Source: an uncultured Erysipelotrichaceae bacterium
GTDB taxonomy: Bacteria > Bacillota_I > Bacilli_A > RF39 > UBA660
Reading direction: 5' to 3'
NCBI GenBank assembly: GCA_902783985.1
Contig: CACZTI010000032.1
Location: 1 to 39,573, forward strand
DNA length: 39,573 bases
Below are positions 37,057-39,573 of the stretch, piece by piece; the stretch's first letter is position 1; each line of letters opens with the position of its first letter. A program made the position numbers and the translations under genes. The notes under the pieces were generated by a model. The model made no database searches. It saw nothing but the letters and a program-made list of their open reading frames with translations, and was not told the DNA's origin.

Positions 37057-37335
37057 CTATTTAGTTTTTTTACTTTTAGCTTCAGCATATTTCTTCATAA
37101 TACCTGCATCACTAAATAAATTTCTAACAGTATCAGAAGGAATAGCACCAATATTTAACCATTTTAATGCAACTTCTTCATTAATTTTTACAGTTGCTGG
37201 TTTAGTTAAAGGATTATATGTTCCAATAAGTTCAATATATTCTCCATCTCTTTTTGTATGAGAATCAGTTGCAACAACACGATACATTGGTTGTTTCTTC
37301 TTTCCCATTCTTGTTAATCTTAATTTAACTGCCAT
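37057..37335 (-). CDS. rpsP: 30S ribosomal protein S16
   Basis: MAVKLRL.R.G.KK.P.YRVV. Confidence 0.97.
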   Translation of the reverse strand: MAVKLRLTRMGKKKQPMYRVVATDSHTKRDGEYIELIGTYNPLTKPATVKINEEVALKWLNIGAIPSDTVRNLFSDAGIMKKYAEAKSKKTK

Positions 37336-37364
37336 AATTACATCTCCTTTCAAAATTCTCTTAT

Positions 37365-37393
37365 ATTATATAATAATTTAAAATGACTGTCAA
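37365..37393 (-). promoter_or_regulatory. Consensus sigma-A promoter of rpsP
   Basis: TTGACA-N17-TATAAT. Confidence 0.85.
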
Positions 37394-37410
37394 CACTTTT
37401 TTGTTAACAC

Positions 37411-38067
37411 CTATCCATTTGTAATACTTCCATCACCTTTTAAATCAATTTTATCCCCTAAATACTTACTTTTCGGCTTAAAAATTACCTTAAAAAAGTT
37501 TTTATCTCTTGATAGAATCTCCCTTATTTCATTTTTTAGCATAATACCTTTATATGGAACATCTTCTGCGATAACTCCATATGCTTCTATACCAAGATGT
37601 TTAGCAATGTAAAGTGCTCGATAAAGATGATATTTTTGTGTTACAATAACAATTTTCCTAGCATTAAAAACTTCCTTTACACGATATATACTATCATATG
37701 TGTTAAATCCTGCATGATCAAGAAAAACATCACTACTAGGAATATTACTTTCTAAAAGATAGTTTTTCATTACATTTACTTCGTCATATTCATCTCTTCC
37801 ATGATCACCAGATAAAATTATTTTATAATTACTTTTACTATACAAATAAATCCCTTTATCTAATCTTTTTTCTAACATAAGTGAAGGATAATTACCATTA
37901 ACTTTACATCCTAAAACTAAAATAGCATCTACATTTTCTAATAATTCAAATTCTTTTTCATTAATAATATTATTTTTTGTACTCTTAATCATATAGATAT
38001 TAATAAATAAAGTAGTTATCAAACATGTAATAACTACTAATATTATTATTTTCAAATACTTTTTCAT
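37411..38067 (-). CDS. SanA/ElyC/YdcF (DUF218) family protein
   Basis: ILVLG, SGD....YDEV, D.AGF.TYDS, VTQ.YHL.RA, RE.L. Confidence 0.9.
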   Translation of the reverse strand: MKKYLKIIILVVITCLITTLFINIYMIKSTKNNIINEKEFELLENVDAILVLGCKVNGNYPSLMLEKRLDKGIYLYSKSNYKIILSGDHGRDEYDEVNVMKNYLLESNIPSSDVFLDHAGFNTYDSIYRVKEVFNARKIVIVTQKYHLYRALYIAKHLGIEAYGVIAEDVPYKGIMLKNEIREILSRDKNFFKVIFKPKSKYLGDKIDLKGDGSITNG

Positions 38068-38543
38068 TATTTATTAACTTTCTTTTTTGTAGTACTTTTT
38101 TTACCAGTATTTTTAGAAGAAGTGCTAACTTTCTTTTTTGTTTCTGGTGTTTTTTTAACAATTTTTTTAGTTGAAGATGTTTTTGTTTTCTTTTCAGTTT
38201 TTGGTTCATCTTTAACTAATGGTTTAGTTTCTTCTTTTATTTCTTTTTTAATGATATCATTTTTCTTTTCTTCACTACTTTTCTTTTGATTTAAACGATA
38301 TTCTTCATATGCTCCAAAATAAATACCAATCAATTCACCAGTTAATATTAATAAAAAAATAACCACAAACAAAAGCCAATCATAATAACGATAATCTCCT
38401 GTTGCATTAAAATTTCCACACATATAACCAAATAAAGTAGATGAAACAAGTCCTAAAATTATTCCCATAATAAATAGTGCTAACTTACTTGCTCCACTTT
38501 CTGTTTTATTAAATAATTTAAAAATATCTCTTTCTTTCTTCAT
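38067..38543 (-). CDS. Hypothetical 2-TM protein with Lys/Thr-rich tail
   Basis: Two hydrophobic segments and a low-complexity basic C-terminus; AGGAG RBS. Confidence 0.75.
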   Translation of the reverse strand: MKKERDIFKLFNKTESGASKLALFIMGIILGLVSSTLFGYMCGNFNATGDYRYYDWLLFVVIFLLILTGELIGIYFGAYEEYRLNQKKSSEEKKNDIIKKEIKEETKPLVKDEPKTEKKTKTSSTKKIVKKTPETKKKVSTSSKNTGKKSTTKKKVNK

Positions 38544-38590
38544 ATCATACTCCTATTATAAGGATATAATATTTTTTAAAAAAAAGCAAG

Positions 38591-38618
38591 AAAAAAACAT
38601 AGAAATATCTATGTTTTT
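38591..38618 (-). terminator. Terminator of rplJ-rplL
   Basis: AAAAACATAGA-aata-TCTATGTTTTT. Confidence 0.75.
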
Positions 38619-38620
38619 AA

Positions 38621-38992
38621 CTATTTAACTTCAACTTCAGCTCCAGCTTCTTCTAGCTTAGCTTTAATTTCATTAGCTTCATCAACGGAAATATTTTCTT
38701 TAACAGCACCACCATTATCAGCGATGTCTTTACTTTCTTTTAATCCAAGACCAGTAATTTCTTTAATAACCTTAATTACATTAACTTTAGCAGCTCCTGC
38801 ATTAACTAATGTTACAGTAACTGTACTTGGTCCTTCGTTTGCTTGAGCATCACCAGCAACTGGTGCAGCAACAGCAACACTACTTGGATCTACTCCAAAT
38901 TCTTCTTTCATTGCATCTACTAATTCTTTGATTTCTAATAAATTCATTTCCTTTAATGCACTAATAAATTCATCTCTTGTTAATTTAGCCAT
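38621..38992 (-). CDS. rplL: 50S ribosomal protein L7/L12
   Basis: EEFGV, K..VIKV..EITGLGLKE.K, KLEEAGA.VEVK. Confidence 0.97.
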   Translation of the reverse strand: MAKLTRDEFISALKEMNLLEIKELVDAMKEEFGVDPSSVAVAAPVAGDAQANEGPSTVTVTLVNAGAAKVNVIKVIKEITGLGLKESKDIADNGGAVKENISVDEANEIKAKLEEAGAEVEVK

Positions 38993-39023
38993 TTTCTTTT
39001 CCTCCTAATTTTAATTTTTTTAA

Positions 39024-39512
39024 CTATTCTTTTTCCTTAGAATATAAATCTAAGCATATTGATAAATCTTTAACGATACCAATCATGCCACCAGCAAGCA
39101 TTGTAAGTAATCCATCTCTTGATGGTATTGTAGCAAGACTTGCTAACTTTTCCTTATCCGTAACTTCATTATCAACTATACCTACTTTAAGTACTACAGC
39201 TTCATGCTTTTTAGCAAAATCTGATAATACTTTAATTGGAGATATTTGATCATCCGAATAAGCAAGGGCAGATGGTCCAGTAAGACTATCATTAATGTCA
39301 ATATTTAAGTCATTCATTGCTCTTGCCATTAAAGTATTTTTATATACTTTATAGTCAGCTCCAGCATTTCTAAGACTTCTTCTTAATTCTTTAGCCTCAG
39401 CATCAGTAAGTCCACGATAATCAAATAATACGACACCTTTTGAATTAGTAATACGATCTTTAATTTCATCTATTACTTCTTGCTTCTTAGCTAAAATCTT
39501 TACATTTGCCAT
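39024..39512 (-). CDS. rplJ: 50S ribosomal protein L10
   Basis: DYRGL, KVYKNTL, L.GP.A, LA.IPSR. Confidence 0.97.
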   Translation of the reverse strand: MANVKILAKKQEVIDEIKDRITNSKGVVLFDYRGLTDAEAKELRRSLRNAGADYKVYKNTLMARAMNDLNIDINDSLTGPSALAYSDDQISPIKVLSDFAKKHEAVVLKVGIVDNEVTDKEKLASLATIPSRDGLLTMLAGGMIGIVKDLSICLDLYSKEKE

Positions 39513-39544
39513 TTTGCCTCCTTCTAAAATTATTCAAAATACCA

Positions 39545-39573
39545 TAATAAAAGTCCTTACATAGAATAAGGAC
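39545..39573 (-). promoter_or_regulatory. 3' end of probable L10 leader attenuator (truncated by window edge)
   Basis: GTCCTTA-N7-TAAGGAC-TTTT hairpin upstream of rplJ. Confidence 0.6.

Noticed and set aside
38000-38209. 69-aa same-strand overlapping ORF
   Set aside because: Alternative frame of an A-rich low-complexity tail; no RBS

Overview
Very AT-rich chromosomal window from a genome-reduced, cell-walled Bacilli-type firmicute. TGA is read as stop, RF2 is present, and mbl, murA and a class A PBP are encoded; an uncultured gut lineage such as RF39 is plausible but is inference. Most of the window is a compressed version of the B. subtilis mbl-spoIIQ-rpiB-rpmE-murA-fba-spoIIR-prfA-rpoE-pbpG-gerQ and prfB-gap-clpP-whiA-lgt-uvrA regions, and it keeps endospore genes (spoIIQ, divergent spoIIID, spoIIR, gerQ). 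Two elements stand out. (1) A 4.5 kb divergently transcribed island between clpP and whiA (23238-27751). It encodes two WXG100-like proteins; a 578-aa protein with no signal peptide whose N-terminus aligns with one of them and which has four SH3b/SLAP-like repeats and a C-terminal membrane anchor; and two tandem paralogs with near-identical helical N-termini and variable C-termini. This is a candidate type VII-dependent surface or effector module. (2) In the gap-prfB intergenic region, three perfect 10-bp-phased Spo0A boxes sit over the promoter of an unannotated ~60-nt stem-loop RNA whose G-free loop is complementary to a Shine-Dalgarno plus ATG AAG AAA. An unannotated 44-aa membrane protein lies next to it. 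Also present: the prfB +1 frameshift, a stand-alone PduL in the position of pta, and L31 and L10 leaders. No CRISPR, tRNA, rRNA or transposase was seen.
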